Shown in pieces: positions 41,404 through 51,636 of a stretch of DNA of 59,622 nt. The notes beneath the pieces were generated by a model. That model ran no database searches. It was not told the origin of the DNA and was given only the letters and a program-made list of their open reading frames with translations. Origin of the DNA: Fimbriimonadaceae bacterium (GTDB taxonomy: Bacteria; Armatimonadota; Fimbriimonadia; Fimbriimonadales; Fimbriimonadaceae). The DNA lies in assembly GCA_040081075.1 (NCBI GenBank), contig JBEBHJ010000014.1, positions 1 to 59,622 on the forward strand, written 5' to 3'. Made by a program: the position numbers and the translations under genes. The first letter of the stretch is position 1; each line of letters starts with the position of its first letter.

Positions 41404-41484
41404 ATTCTGAACTCAAACGTTTCGAACCGATAACCTAAATGGGGTACGCTTTTGACGTGCCCATTCTAGGCACGGAGAAAGATT

Positions 41485-42621
41485 TTGACCCCGACAAATG
41501 GAACTGCGACCAAGGCCCCAGGGAAGAAAGCGGCCACCGAGAGCGACCAGAACGCCCTCCCTCATCAAAGCCTCTCGAAGGCCGATTGCCTGGAACTGCT
41601 TCGGCACGTTTATATTGCCCGCTACTTTGACGTTCGCTTGATCAAAGAGAAGAAAAAAGGCAAGCTCACGGGCACACTTTATTCGTCGCACAACCAGGAA
41701 GCCATCATCGCCGGTTCGCTTTATGGCCTCGAATCCAATGACTGGATCAGCCCAATCCACCGGGATATGCCTTGCTTCTTCCTGAAAGATTGCCGAGGAA
41801 AGGGGTTAGACAACCCCGACCGCCTGAGTATGACGATCGAGGAAGTTTGTTCCCAGGTTTGGGGAAAGGTCGGCTCACCGGGACGTGCGCGGGACAACTG
41901 GTCGCACATTGGCAAGAAGAGCGCTCATATTATTCACTCAACTTCGATGCTCGCCGGCACGATTCCGGTTGCCGCCGGAGTTGCCTATGCTGACCGTTTA
42001 AGTGGAGGTAACTCCGTTGTTCTAACCTATAACGGTGAGGGTTCAACTGCCCAGGGCGTTTTTCATGAGGCGATTAACTTTGCGGCCGTTCACAAGTTAC
42101 CGGTGGTTACGATCATCGAGAACAACCAATGGGCTTATGGCACCCCAACCCACCTCGAATACTCACAAGAAGATTTCGCGCGCAGAGCGGATGGCTATGG
42201 CATTCCGGGTTTCATCGCCGATGGCCAAGACGTTTTTGATGTTTACGATAAGGTGATGATGGCTGTCGCACACGGTCGTTCTGGCGCTGGCCCCTCGATC
42301 GTCGAATGTAAGACGTTCCGAGCCTACGGGCACGGCGATCACGATGACGATCGTGCGGCAAAGTACCGCCCCACAGAACTCGTCGAGAAGGGTCGCGAGC
42401 GAGACCCAATTGCGGTTGCGAAACGCAGACTCGTCGAGATGGGCTACATGACCGAAGCCGAAGCCAAAACATACATGGCGGAGGGTAAGGGTGCGATTCA
42501 AACTTCCGACGAAGATTTCCCGCCCGACGTAGTCGCCTACATTAAGCGAGGAGCTGATTACGCTTTCAAAGACAAACTGCCCGCCGCCGAAGAAGGTGGC
42601 ATGTGGGTCTTTCGCGAATAG
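41485..42621 (+). CDS. TPP-dependent 2-oxoacid dehydrogenase E1 component alpha subunit (PDH/BCKDH type)
   Basis: 'YNGEGSTAQGVFHEAINFAAVHKLPVVTIIENNQWAYGTP' and 'RAYGHGDHDD' are E1 alpha motifs. Confidence 0.8.
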   Translation: MTPTNGTATKAPGKKAATESDQNALPHQSLSKADCLELLRHVYIARYFDVRLIKEKKKGKLTGTLYSSHNQEAIIAGSLYGLESNDWISPIHRDMPCFFLKDCRGKGLDNPDRLSMTIEEVCSQVWGKVGSPGRARDNWSHIGKKSAHIIHSTSMLAGTIPVAAGVAYADRLSGGNSVVLTYNGEGSTAQGVFHEAINFAAVHKLPVVTIIENNQWAYGTPTHLEYSQEDFARRADGYGIPGFIADGQDVFDVYDKVMMAVAHGRSGAGPSIVECKTFRAYGHGDHDDDRAAKYRPTELVEKGRERDPIAVAKRRLVEMGYMTEAEAKTYMAEGKGAIQTSDEDFPPDVVAYIKRGADYAFKDKLPAAEEGGMWVFRE

Positions 42622-42627
42622 ACACTC

Positions 42628-43476
42628 ATGGACGCCAACCGCACCCAAATCCTGAACAGCGATCCCAATCGTACGATCATGGGCGCGGCTCCTACTCTGA
42701 ACGCAACGGTCACGATCAAGCCGATCCAGTGCCCGGTTTGTAAAACGTTCAACCCGGCCGGGTTGATGTTCTGCAAGGAGTGCGGTTTGATCTTTGACCG
42801 TGCCCTCCCCGATGACGCCTTTGGAGCACCAACTGTCCTTTTGCCGATGCTGGTGGATTCCAATGGCCGAGAGCATCCGATTCGCCCTGGTGAGAGTCTC
42901 ATTGGCCGCGAAGCCGACATCATGCTGAACGACACTCAGGTTTCCCGGCGTCACGCCCGGTTGGTGTCTTCCGATGGCGGATTTACCCTCGAAGACCTCG
43001 GGAGCACGAATGGCACCAGAGTGAACGGCAACCCTCTCACGGTAGGACAGGTTCAGCCGATCAATCCTGGAGACACCCTGAGCTTTGGGAGTTTCGAATG
43101 CAAGCTGCACCTACCCGGCGGAGGATTGGGGGCAACCCAGGCGTTTTCTTCCAACAAAACGGCGGCGATCGCGGCGGCCCCAACAATTGAAACGGCTGTT
43201 GCAAAGTTGGTCGGAGCCGACCAAACGTGGCCACTTCAAAGTGGCGCGAATACTTTCGGTCGGCGCGCCGAAAACGATGTCGTGATTGCCGATGCCTATG
43301 TTTCGGGGAAGCACGGAGTCATCGAAATCACCGAGGATGCCGCCTTCCTTACGGATATCGGAAGCACAAATGGCACGATGCTGAACGATGCCAAACTCGC
43401 GCCGAACATGCGAACCGCCATGAGAGCGGATGATGTCATCCGACTTGGCAGTATCGAATTGCGAATCGAACGCTAA
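42628..43476 (+). CDS. zinc-ribbon plus tandem FHA domain protein
   Basis: 'CPVCKTFNPAGLMFCKECG', then two FHA cores ('IGREADIMLNDTQVSRRHARL...GSTNGTRVNG' and 'FGRRAENDVVIADAYVSGKHGVI...GSTNGTMLND'). Confidence 0.75.
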   Translation: MDANRTQILNSDPNRTIMGAAPTLNATVTIKPIQCPVCKTFNPAGLMFCKECGLIFDRALPDDAFGAPTVLLPMLVDSNGREHPIRPGESLIGREADIMLNDTQVSRRHARLVSSDGGFTLEDLGSTNGTRVNGNPLTVGQVQPINPGDTLSFGSFECKLHLPGGGLGATQAFSSNKTAAIAAAPTIETAVAKLVGADQTWPLQSGANTFGRRAENDVVIADAYVSGKHGVIEITEDAAFLTDIGSTNGTMLNDAKLAPNMRTAMRADDVIRLGSIELRIER

Positions 43477-43505
43477 CTCGCGTTAAGCTTCGGCTAAAAT
43501 GAGCA

Positions 43506-46139
43506 ATGCTGACCGCAATTGCAACCTTGGCCCTCTTACAATCCGGCTCTATTCCCGATCTGAGAGACATGCTCTCATGGCGATGTGTGGGGCCATTTCG
43601 TGGTGGTCGAACAGTCGGTGCGTGCGGCATCCCTAGCCAGCCGTTTACCTTCTATATCGGCGTGAACAATGGCGGAGTTTGGAAGACAAATGATGCGGGC
43701 AGAACCTGGAAACCCATCTTTGACGATCAACCGACGGGCTCAATCGGCGATGTTGCTGTTTGCGAGTCCAAGCCAAATGTGATTTATGTTGGCTCCGGTG
43801 AAGGTTTGCAACGCCCTGATTTGAGTACGGGCGATGGCATGTACAAAACGACCGATGGCGGTAAGACCTGGCAGCATCTTGGCCTTAAGAATGCCCAACA
43901 AATCGGTGGGATTTGCGTGGACGCCAAGGATCCTGATCGCGTGTTTGTGGCGTCTCTCGGGCACCCTTACGGACCCAATGAAGAGCGCGGAGTTTATCGA
44001 AGTTTGGATGGCGGCAAGACCTGGAAGAAAGTGCTTTATCGTGATGGTGACACCGGCGCCATTCAAGTTACGCTCGACCCGAAAGACCCTAAAGTCGTTT
44101 ACGCCACGATGTGGGAAGCGCGCCAAGGGCCTTGGGAGAACGGACGCTGGCAGGGGCCGGGCTCGGGGCTTTTCAAGAGTGTGGACGGCGGAGATACTTG
44201 GAAACCCCTAACGATCGGACTGCCAACGTTCGCTCAAGGGCTCGGTCGAATCGGTTTTGCTATTTCCCCTTCGAATCCAAGGGTTCTTTACGCAACCGTA
44301 GATTCAGGTGATGCAAGCGGCCTCTACCGGAGCAACGATGCCGGGGAGAACTGGGAGAAGGTGAACAGCGAGCGGCGTCTGGTGAGCCGCGGCGATGACT
44401 TCGCCGAAGTAAAAGTTCATCCCAAGAATCCGGAGTCTGTCTTTGTCGCGGATACGAGCTTTTATCGCTCTGATGATGGAGGTAAGAACTTCACCTGCCT
44501 CAAAGGGTCGCCGGGCGGGGATGACTATCATCGCATTTGGATCAACCCAACCAATCCCGACATTATTCTTACGGCGGCCGACCAAGGCGCGGCGGTGAGC
44601 TTGAATGGCGGCGAAACTTGGAGCAGTTGGTACAACCAATCAACCGCCCAACTCTATCACGTCGCCGCCGATAACCTATTCCCGTACAGCCTCTACGGCG
44701 GTCAGCAAGAGAGCGGTTCGGCGATGGTTTCGAGTCGCGGTAATGACGGGCAACTGACATTCCGGGAATGGCACCCCGCCGGCGGCGATGAATATGCCTA
44801 TCTTGCCCCGGACCCTTCGAACGGTCGGTACGTTTATGGCGGTCGGGTTAACCGATATGACAAGGTGACAGGTGAGATTCTGAATCTACGTCCAACCGCG
44901 CCGCACCGAACCTTGCGGACCGCCCCGCTTGTTTTTAGTCAGGCTGACCCGAAACAGCTTTTCTTTGGAGGGAACATTCTCTTTCGCACCTCCGATGGCG
45001 GCAAGACTTGGGATACGCTATCGCCCGATCTCAGCCGAGAAACATGGGAGGTTCCCGCTTCCGTTGGGAAGTTTTCAAAGCCAGATTTGGTGACTAGGCG
45101 TGGCGTTATCTACACCGTTGCGCCGTCGCCGCGAGATGCCAACGTGATTTGGTGCGGAACGGATGACGGCTTACTTTGGACCACCAAAGACGCCGGCAAA
45201 AACTGGGAAAACGTGACCCAGAACATGCTCACACCGTGGAGCAAAGTTTCGCTTATGGATGCGGGACATTTTGATAGCCTTACCGCCTATGCCGCCATCA
45301 ATCGGATTCGCCTGGACGATCAGAAGCCTCACATTCTGAAAACGCACGACGGTGGTAAGTCATGGCAGGAGATTGTAAAGGGCTTGCCCGATGGACCGGT
45401 CAATGTCGTTAGAGAAGACCCGATCCGTGCTGGATTGCTCTATTGCGGAACTGAAACTGGCGTCTTCTTCAGCCTGGACGATGGGATGAACTGGCAGTCT
45501 TTGAGGCTGAATATGCCCGCAACGTCTGTACGCGACTTGATCATAAAAGACAATGACCTGTGCATCGCAACTCATGGGCGTGGTTTCTGGATCTTGGATA
45601 ATCTGTCGGCGATACGGTCGGCCGAGTTCGGCGAAGGTCGGACAACTTTCTTTCCTCCCGTACCCGCCTACCTGCTGGAACGAAACACAAACGCGGATAC
45701 CCCGTTGCCGCAGGATGAGCCCGTTTCGAAGAACCCGCCCGATGGGGCGATGTTTGACTACTTCTTGGCAACAGATGCCGCCAAGGTTGAAATCCATGTC
45801 CTTAGCGAGGACGATGGGATACTCCGCAAATTTGCGTCTTCGGATGCCCCGGTAACCGCGGATCCTCTCGCCATCACGGTAATGCCAGGTTGGGCGCGAC
45901 CGCCTCGAATCGTAAAGGCAAACAAGGGACTGCATCGGTTTGTTTGGGATATGCGGTTAGCTCCAGCCTCGATCGGCGGAGGAAGGGGGGGCGGTCTGCC
46001 TATTTCGGCGGTTTGGGGAGATACGCCGTTCGGGCCGCAGGGTGCCTACGCGAAACCGGGGATGTACAAAGTTGTTTTGATCGTTGACGGCGTCATAACA
46101 AATAGGGCGCTTGAACTGAAAGCCGATCCGCGGAAGTGA
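43506..46139 (+). CDS. BNR/Asp-box repeat protein (sortilin-Vps10/GH74-like beta-propeller)
   Basis: At least 11 S-x-D-x-G-x-T-W repeats ('KTNDAGRTW', 'TTDGGKTW', 'SLDGGKTW', 'SVDGGDTW', 'RSNDAGENW', 'RTSDGGKTW', 'THDGGKSW'...). Confidence 0.7.
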   Translation: MLTAIATLALLQSGSIPDLRDMLSWRCVGPFRGGRTVGACGIPSQPFTFYIGVNNGGVWKTNDAGRTWKPIFDDQPTGSIGDVAVCESKPNVIYVGSGEGLQRPDLSTGDGMYKTTDGGKTWQHLGLKNAQQIGGICVDAKDPDRVFVASLGHPYGPNEERGVYRSLDGGKTWKKVLYRDGDTGAIQVTLDPKDPKVVYATMWEARQGPWENGRWQGPGSGLFKSVDGGDTWKPLTIGLPTFAQGLGRIGFAISPSNPRVLYATVDSGDASGLYRSNDAGENWEKVNSERRLVSRGDDFAEVKVHPKNPESVFVADTSFYRSDDGGKNFTCLKGSPGGDDYHRIWINPTNPDIILTAADQGAAVSLNGGETWSSWYNQSTAQLYHVAADNLFPYSLYGGQQESGSAMVSSRGNDGQLTFREWHPAGGDEYAYLAPDPSNGRYVYGGRVNRYDKVTGEILNLRPTAPHRTLRTAPLVFSQADPKQLFFGGNILFRTSDGGKTWDTLSPDLSRETWEVPASVGKFSKPDLVTRRGVIYTVAPSPRDANVIWCGTDDGLLWTTKDAGKNWENVTQNMLTPWSKVSLMDAGHFDSLTAYAAINRIRLDDQKPHILKTHDGGKSWQEIVKGLPDGPVNVVREDPIRAGLLYCGTETGVFFSLDDGMNWQSLRLNMPATSVRDLIIKDNDLCIATHGRGFWILDNLSAIRSAEFGEGRTTFFPPVPAYLLERNTNADTPLPQDEPVSKNPPDGAMFDYFLATDAAKVEIHVLSEDDGILRKFASSDAPVTADPLAITVMPGWARPPRIVKANKGLHRFVWDMRLAPASIGGGRGGGLPISAVWGDTPFGPQGAYAKPGMYKVVLIVDGVITNRALELKADPRK

Positions 46140-46142
46140 ACT

Positions 46143-48194
46143 ATGCTGAATCTGCTACTTGTCCGCACAATTATTCAACCCATTTCTTTAGAATCAAATG
46201 CGATGCATGCGTCGGATGTTGTGGCGGCGTTGGCTAAGCACAGCGGCGAGCCCCTCAGTTGTAGCCCATCGGTTGCCAACGAGCCGCTTGTTTTGCACCT
46301 TGACGCGGCAGATTATGCAAAAGCGAAGGAAAACTTAGCTTGGGCGGTAGACGGTACGTGGCGGCAAGAAGAAGACCGAATTATTCTGGACCGGAGTTCG
46401 TCGCTCGCCGCTCAACAAGAACGAGCCGAGGCCAAGAAGGTGCAAGACTTGCTGGCGAAGATTCTTGGCGACACGACTCTGGAGATGAAAAGTGCCCCCC
46501 TGTTCGACGACAAAATCGCGACATCGTATATTACGCGCGATTGGGCTAAGGACGTCGGAAACAACCAACATCTGAAGGAAATTAATCGTCTTCGCCTCAG
46601 TTCGCCCACGTTTCGTCAAGGCATCAATTGGATCAAGTCGATCGGAACCGCGAAGCTCGCTTCGATGCAGATTGGCGCAAGAACAGTTTATTCGGACGCA
46701 CCAACCGCCCTGCAACAACCCCTCGCCGCCTCGAAAAGCGTCATCAAGACGCTGATGTCTCAAGCCGACATTTTGAACGAAAGGGGCCGAGCTCTTGGGA
46801 AGACCGCCGGGTATCAAGCTTACGTTGACTATCAATCCATGGGCGGCCCAGGCAACCCTGCCCAATACCACAAGACGCTCTTTGTGATCAAGCGATTAGC
46901 TTTTGCGCGGTTCCAATTTGAGCTTGTGAGTGTCGACCAACAGGGACAGCTGATCATCGCCGGTCAAGGCACGATACCGAATCGGCTCGGCTCAAATATC
47001 TCCGCGCTACCAGCCACCGGTAAGCGTTTGGAAATATCAGACAAGATGAGGAGGCTCGGGCGAGTTTTCAATGACTTGGGAGTGTCGTACGGCGGTGGCG
47101 GCCCAGACTATTCCTACACGATTACCTTTTCCGAGCGCGAAGGCATGCCGTTTGATTGGGGTGTTGGGGAGCACTTGCGCAAGCCGTATTCTTCGGATCC
47201 AATTGGCTATTTCGCGGGTCCATTATTGAATCAGGCAGCCAAAAACAAAGACAAGCAGTTCATTGGCACCATTCCAGATTCGGCACTAATATATTTGGCG
47301 AGAGCAATGCAGGGTCAGGTGCGAACGGACGATGACCTCATTGCTTTCCTTTCACGTGGATTGGACCAGATCCCAATTTGTGAGTTGCGCGAAGAAGCCG
47401 ATTGGCGGATGATTCGGCCCAGCTTTCCATCGTATTCGTATGCTTCCCGATTTAACCGGGCAGCCGCCCAATTGCTTATCCAAAACATGAGAACAAAGGG
47501 CGAGTTTTCGCTTGAGGATGCTTGCGAATATGCAAAGGTGAGCCCTGGACCTTGGACTTTTTCTTCCCCTGATCTGGTGCTGTTGGGACACGCCGTGCCC
47601 GAGGTTCCTCGATTCACCATCGAGGAAACATTGCAAGGACATCTAAGCACGCTGCTGGGGTTTGGCATGCCGGGAAAGAACATTGAATCGGGAGTGAGGC
47701 GATTCGATTCTCTACCGCCGACCGTTCAATCCCAGATTCGAAGCTGGATTGTGAAAGAAGACCGGCTCACGCAAACGATTTCCAACGCCGCACATGGGAT
47801 GGGGCCAAGCAACGCCTTAGAAATGGAGACTACGGAGGTTGGAACCCGATCCGATTTGACCCTTGATATCCAAGTCCACATGAGGCCCTTTATTCGGGCC
47901 CAGGTCGAGAACGGTCCTGTTATGGATATGTCGGTTGGTTCGCTCGCATTTGAAGAAATTCAACCGGAAAACCCAGTAGGGGATATGCTCCCGCGTCGAA
48001 AATTTTCGAGTTACCAAGTCGTCAACCGGCGCAGCTATACATTTTCCATATCAGTAGGTGGCGTTCCGATCACAAGGTTTGGAAGCGAATACAGGAAAGA
48101 TATCAGTTCCAAACCGGGCGCGCGAAGAGAGTTGCCTCAGAAGATCCTAAGGGATGTGGATGAAGCAAAGAAGGGCTTTGGCGGTGGACTATGA
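46143..48194 (+). CDS. hypothetical protein (683 aa), no recognisable motif
   Basis: Long ORF with coding-like composition. It is coupled (ATGA) to the next ORF. Confidence 0.5.
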   Translation: MLNLLLVRTIIQPISLESNAMHASDVVAALAKHSGEPLSCSPSVANEPLVLHLDAADYAKAKENLAWAVDGTWRQEEDRIILDRSSSLAAQQERAEAKKVQDLLAKILGDTTLEMKSAPLFDDKIATSYITRDWAKDVGNNQHLKEINRLRLSSPTFRQGINWIKSIGTAKLASMQIGARTVYSDAPTALQQPLAASKSVIKTLMSQADILNERGRALGKTAGYQAYVDYQSMGGPGNPAQYHKTLFVIKRLAFARFQFELVSVDQQGQLIIAGQGTIPNRLGSNISALPATGKRLEISDKMRRLGRVFNDLGVSYGGGGPDYSYTITFSEREGMPFDWGVGEHLRKPYSSDPIGYFAGPLLNQAAKNKDKQFIGTIPDSALIYLARAMQGQVRTDDDLIAFLSRGLDQIPICELREEADWRMIRPSFPSYSYASRFNRAAAQLLIQNMRTKGEFSLEDACEYAKVSPGPWTFSSPDLVLLGHAVPEVPRFTIEETLQGHLSTLLGFGMPGKNIESGVRRFDSLPPTVQSQIRSWIVKEDRLTQTISNAAHGMGPSNALEMETTEVGTRSDLTLDIQVHMRPFIRAQVENGPVMDMSVGSLAFEEIQPENPVGDMLPRRKFSSYQVVNRRSYTFSISVGGVPITRFGSEYRKDISSKPGARRELPQKILRDVDEAKKGFGGGL

Positions 48195-48670
48195 ATCCTC
48201 GATTCCCCAAAAAGTGGAGGTGGGTGTGTGGGGTGGTGGCGTTCCTAGGAATTGCATTCTGGGCGATCCAGGCGGAAGCCTATTATCATGCATACTTTGT
48301 TTCTTCAACAACGGGTTCGAATTACGGTTACACCCACACGCGCTGGTTCGGTTCTTTCAATCGCCAGAGTCGCGTTTCTCCTCTCGAGACCTATCTTACG
48401 GCTCATGGCTACCCCGTCAAAAATAGGTGGTGTCGCCCGTCCGATACCGGCTACGCGTTTTATGGCCAGGCAATCTCGTTTAGTTGCGGAAGGATGCCGC
48501 CGATTCACCGCCTTGATCATCGGGTTCAGCGGTTGTGGCTCGAGCATGCCACAGAGAAAGAGGTCGTTGCATTCTACAAACTGGCGGGGACCGGAACGGA
48601 TGCGCAAGTGGAAGCGGCGTGCAACGCTATTATCAAGCGCTATGACCCGGGTTCATTTTGGGTGAACTAA
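48191..48670 (+). CDS. hypothetical N-terminally anchored protein
   Basis: The ATGA overlap with the upstream gene and the TM 'WVCGVVAFLGIAFWAI'. Confidence 0.45.
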   Translation: MNPRFPKKWRWVCGVVAFLGIAFWAIQAEAYYHAYFVSSTTGSNYGYTHTRWFGSFNRQSRVSPLETYLTAHGYPVKNRWCRPSDTGYAFYGQAISFSCGRMPPIHRLDHRVQRLWLEHATEKEVVAFYKLAGTGTDAQVEAACNAIIKRYDPGSFWVN

Positions 48671-48679
48671 CGGCTAGAA

Positions 48680-49381
48680 TTGAGGATGCGTTATCGTTGT
48701 CCTCGCGCCTCGCAGCCGATTCGAATTGATGGCTCGCTGACCGATCCTCAGTGGGCGAAAGCCCCTTGGACCGACTATTTTGTTGACATAGAGGGCGACC
48801 TGAAGCCGCGGCCACGGTTCAAAACTCGCGCCAAGATGATGTACGACGACGATTACTTCTACATCGCCGCAGACATGGAGGAACCCCACTTGTGGGCGAC
48901 CTTGACTGAGCACGATAGCGTCATTTTCCACGACCACGATTTCGAAGTTTTCATTGATCCAGATGGAGATGCGGCTCGCTACTTTGAGTTCGAAATCAAC
49001 GCCCTCAACACTACGTGGGACCTCTTCCTGCCCAAAGCGTATCGCGATGGCGGCAGTGCGGATAACTCGTGGGAGACCCATGCGATCACGGCTGTAAATC
49101 TGAGGGGCACCCTCAACGATTCAAGAGATTTCGATGATGGATGGTCCGTAGAGATGGCTTTCCCTTGGGCATGTTTTGCCGACGGTGGCATGCCAGTTCC
49201 TCCTCGCTCCGGCGACGTGTGGCGCGTGAATTTTTCTCGGGTTGAATGGCCAATTGTTCCACTACCGAACGGAGGATATGAGAAGCCGGAAGGATGCAAA
49301 GAGGACAACTGGGTGTGGGCTCCGCAGGGGGTAGTTGACATGCACCAGCCTGAGCAATGGGGATATGTAGAGTTTGCCTAA
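48680..49381 (+). CDS. carbohydrate-binding family 9 (CBM9)-like domain protein
   Basis: 'IDGSLTDPQWAKAPWTDYFVDIEG...PRFKTRAKMMYDDDYFYIAADMEEP' and 'WDLFLPK' fit the CBM9-like fold family. Confidence 0.55.
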   Translation: MRMRYRCPRASQPIRIDGSLTDPQWAKAPWTDYFVDIEGDLKPRPRFKTRAKMMYDDDYFYIAADMEEPHLWATLTEHDSVIFHDHDFEVFIDPDGDAARYFEFEINALNTTWDLFLPKAYRDGGSADNSWETHAITAVNLRGTLNDSRDFDDGWSVEMAFPWACFADGGMPVPPRSGDVWRVNFSRVEWPIVPLPNGGYEKPEGCKEDNWVWAPQGVVDMHQPEQWGYVEFA

Positions 49382-49845
49382 AACTTATCGGAGTGACCGC
49401 GTTCCAACTCGCGGCGAGCGTCATTTTTGGCAATAGCCTCGCGCTTATCGTAGTGTTTCTTGCCTCGGGCCAAGGCGATTTCGATTTTCACTCGACCGTT
49501 CTTAAAATAGACTTTGGTGGGCACGATGGTAAAGCCCTTCTCTTGTGACTTGCGCTGAACCATGATGATCTCCTTTTTGTGCAAGAGTAGCTTCCGGTCA
49601 CGGCGTCTCTCTGGCTTAAATGCCGACGAATGATCGTAGGGTTCAATGTCAAGCTGAATCAGCCATAACTCGCCGTCGACGACTTTGCAAAATGCATCAG
49701 TCATGTTAACGCGACCGTTGAACACACTTTTTACTTCGGCACCCACCAAGGCAATACCCGCTTCCCATGTGTCGTGTAGCTCAAATTCGAACCGCGCTTT
49801 GCGGTTCACGATGGATTTGGGCTCTTTTGCTTCTTTTTTCGCCAT
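49378..49845 (-). CDS. smpB: SsrA-binding protein
   Basis: 'ARFEFELHDTWEAGIALVGAEVKS' and 'LLLHKKEI' are SmpB hallmarks. Confidence 0.9.
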   Translation of the reverse strand: MAKKEAKEPKSIVNRKARFEFELHDTWEAGIALVGAEVKSVFNGRVNMTDAFCKVVDGELWLIQLDIEPYDHSSAFKPERRRDRKLLLHKKEIIMVQRKSQEKGFTIVPTKVYFKNGRVKIEIALARGKKHYDKREAIAKNDARRELERGHSDKF

Positions 49846-49915
49846 GAGAATTCAGTTCGGGAACAAGTTTACCAATGGGAGCGTTGAACCTACGGTGGTA
49901 GAATTCCACTGCTCT

Positions 49916-50728
49916 ATGAATCGTCTCTTATCGCTTACGGTTGCTTCCTCGGTTTTGTTCGGCCTGGGATGCGGAAAGTCCCCCGAAGACAAGGCCGCGC
50001 CGGCGCCTGTCAAGACCGCAACTGCTCCCGCCGATCAGCTTAAAGAGCTGGGCATAAAGGATACGCAAGTTGGTAAGCCTTCGGAGTTTGTAAAAGGAAT
50101 GAAGGCAGCCGAGCCAGGGGATCGATTGTATGTGCGATACAAAGGCTACTTCAAGAATGGTGAAGTTTTTGATCGGAACGATTCTGATGGTGTTGTCTAC
50201 CCGGTAACTCTCGCGAACAACGAAGTAATCAAGGGCTGGGACGAGGGTCTGATTGGGATGCAAATTGGGGGTAAGCGCAAGTTAAGCGTTCCCTGGATCA
50301 AGGGCTACGGAATCGATGGCCGCGATAACATCCCACCCAAAACTGACCTCTACTTTGATGTTGAACTGGTGGATTTGGTGAAACGAGGTCAAGAAACGAC
50401 GTACCACATCATTGATCGAGTAAAGGGAACAGGGGCAGAGGCTCGTAAGGGAAGCGAAGTAACGGTGGAATACGAAATGAGAGCCGCCGGGCAGAGCCGC
50501 GTCATTGATTCATCGGCGATTCAAAAGAAGAACATGACATTTCGAATTGGTGACCTCGCGATGATTGAAACCGTGGAGGACGCGTGTGTTGGAATGCGCG
50601 CAGGCGGAACGCGAGAAGCAAGAATCCCGGCAAGTTTGTGCCGACTAGAGTCCAAGACCTCCGCTCTTGTTGGAGTTCCTGCTGAGACGGTTTGGTATGT
50701 CAAGCTCAAATTGCTCTCCGTGAAGTAA
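49916..50728 (+). CDS. FKBP-type peptidyl-prolyl cis-trans isomerase lipoprotein (two FKBP-like domains)
   Basis: Lipobox 'LFGLGCG', then 'YKGYFKNGEVFD' and 'IKGWDEGLIGMQIGGKRKLSVP'. The ORF-track start at 49685 is an upstream extension. Confidence 0.8.
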   Translation: MNRLLSLTVASSVLFGLGCGKSPEDKAAPAPVKTATAPADQLKELGIKDTQVGKPSEFVKGMKAAEPGDRLYVRYKGYFKNGEVFDRNDSDGVVYPVTLANNEVIKGWDEGLIGMQIGGKRKLSVPWIKGYGIDGRDNIPPKTDLYFDVELVDLVKRGQETTYHIIDRVKGTGAEARKGSEVTVEYEMRAAGQSRVIDSSAIQKKNMTFRIGDLAMIETVEDACVGMRAGGTREARIPASLCRLESKTSALVGVPAETVWYVKLKLLSVK

Positions 50729-50743
50729 CATCTAGGTTCTTCC

Positions 50744-51610
50744 ATGGCAATTCTTGTTGACAAAAACTCGCGCGTCCTTGTTTGTGGCATGACCGGTCGC
50801 GAAGGCGCGTTTCACACGGGCCAAATGATTGAATATGGCACGAATGTGGTCGCCGGAGTCACTCCCGGAAAAGGCGGTACCGAGTTCTTGGGCAAACCGA
50901 TTTTTGATACGGTTGAGGAAGCGGTCGCCAAAACGGGTGCAGACGCCGCACTGATTTTTGTCCCCGCTCCATTTGCCGCTGACTCGGTTTTGGAATGCGA
51001 AGGCGCTGGTATGCCGTTTGTTACCCTGATCACCGAAGGAATTCCAACTCAAGATATGGTGCGCACCGTGAACAAGGTTCGAGCTGGCGGAAAAACCCGG
51101 TTGCTCGGCGGTAACTGCGCTGGAATCATCACCCCCGGCGAATGCAAAATGGGAATCATGCCCGGGCACATTTTTGCTCCTGGCCCTATCGGCCTTGTAT
51201 CCAGGTCGGGCACTTTAACCTATGAAATCGTTTGGGAAATGACCCGAAACGGCTTTGGCCAAACCACCTGCGTAGGAATCGGTGGTGATCCCATCCCCGG
51301 AACCCGATTTATTGAGGTGATGGAAATGTTCGAGAGGGACCCCGCCACAACCGCTGTTGTCATGATTGGAGAGATCGGCGGAACCGATGAAGAAGCCGCT
51401 TGCGAATACATTAAAACGATGAAGAAGCCTGTCGTTGGGTTCATCTCCGGTCGAACCGCTCCCCCCGGGAAGCGCATGGGCCACGCCGGTGCGATTGTTT
51501 CGGGCGGTAAAGGCACAGCTCAATCAAAAGTGGATGCGTTCCTCGCTGCCGGAGCCGCAGTTGCCGATAAAACCAGTGATGTTCCGACTTTGTTAAGAGC
51601 GGCACTTTAA
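50744..51610 (+). CDS. sucD: succinyl-CoA ligase subunit alpha
   Basis: '[35 protein letters not shown]' and '[14 protein letters not shown]' are SucD signatures. No sucC is adjacent. Confidence 0.9.
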   Translation: MAILVDKNSRVLVCGMTGREGAFHTGQMIEYGTNVVAGVTPGKGGTEFLGKPIFDTVEEAVAKTGADAALIFVPAPFAADSVLECEGAGMPFVTLITEGIPTQDMVRTVNKVRAGGKTRLLGGNCAGIITPGECKMGIMPGHIFAPGPIGLVSRSGTLTYEIVWEMTRNGFGQTTCVGIGGDPIPGTRFIEVMEMFERDPATTAVVMIGEIGGTDEEAACEYIKTMKKPVVGFISGRTAPPGKRMGHAGAIVSGGKGTAQSKVDAFLAAGAAVADKTSDVPTLLRAAL

Positions 51611-51636
51611 GCCCGCTTGTTCCGTCGTCTAGTTGT

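Noticed and set aside
42163-43110. 315-aa minus-strand ORF spanning the E1-alpha/FHA junction
   Set aside because: Overlaps two motif-supported plus-strand genes. No recognisable features.
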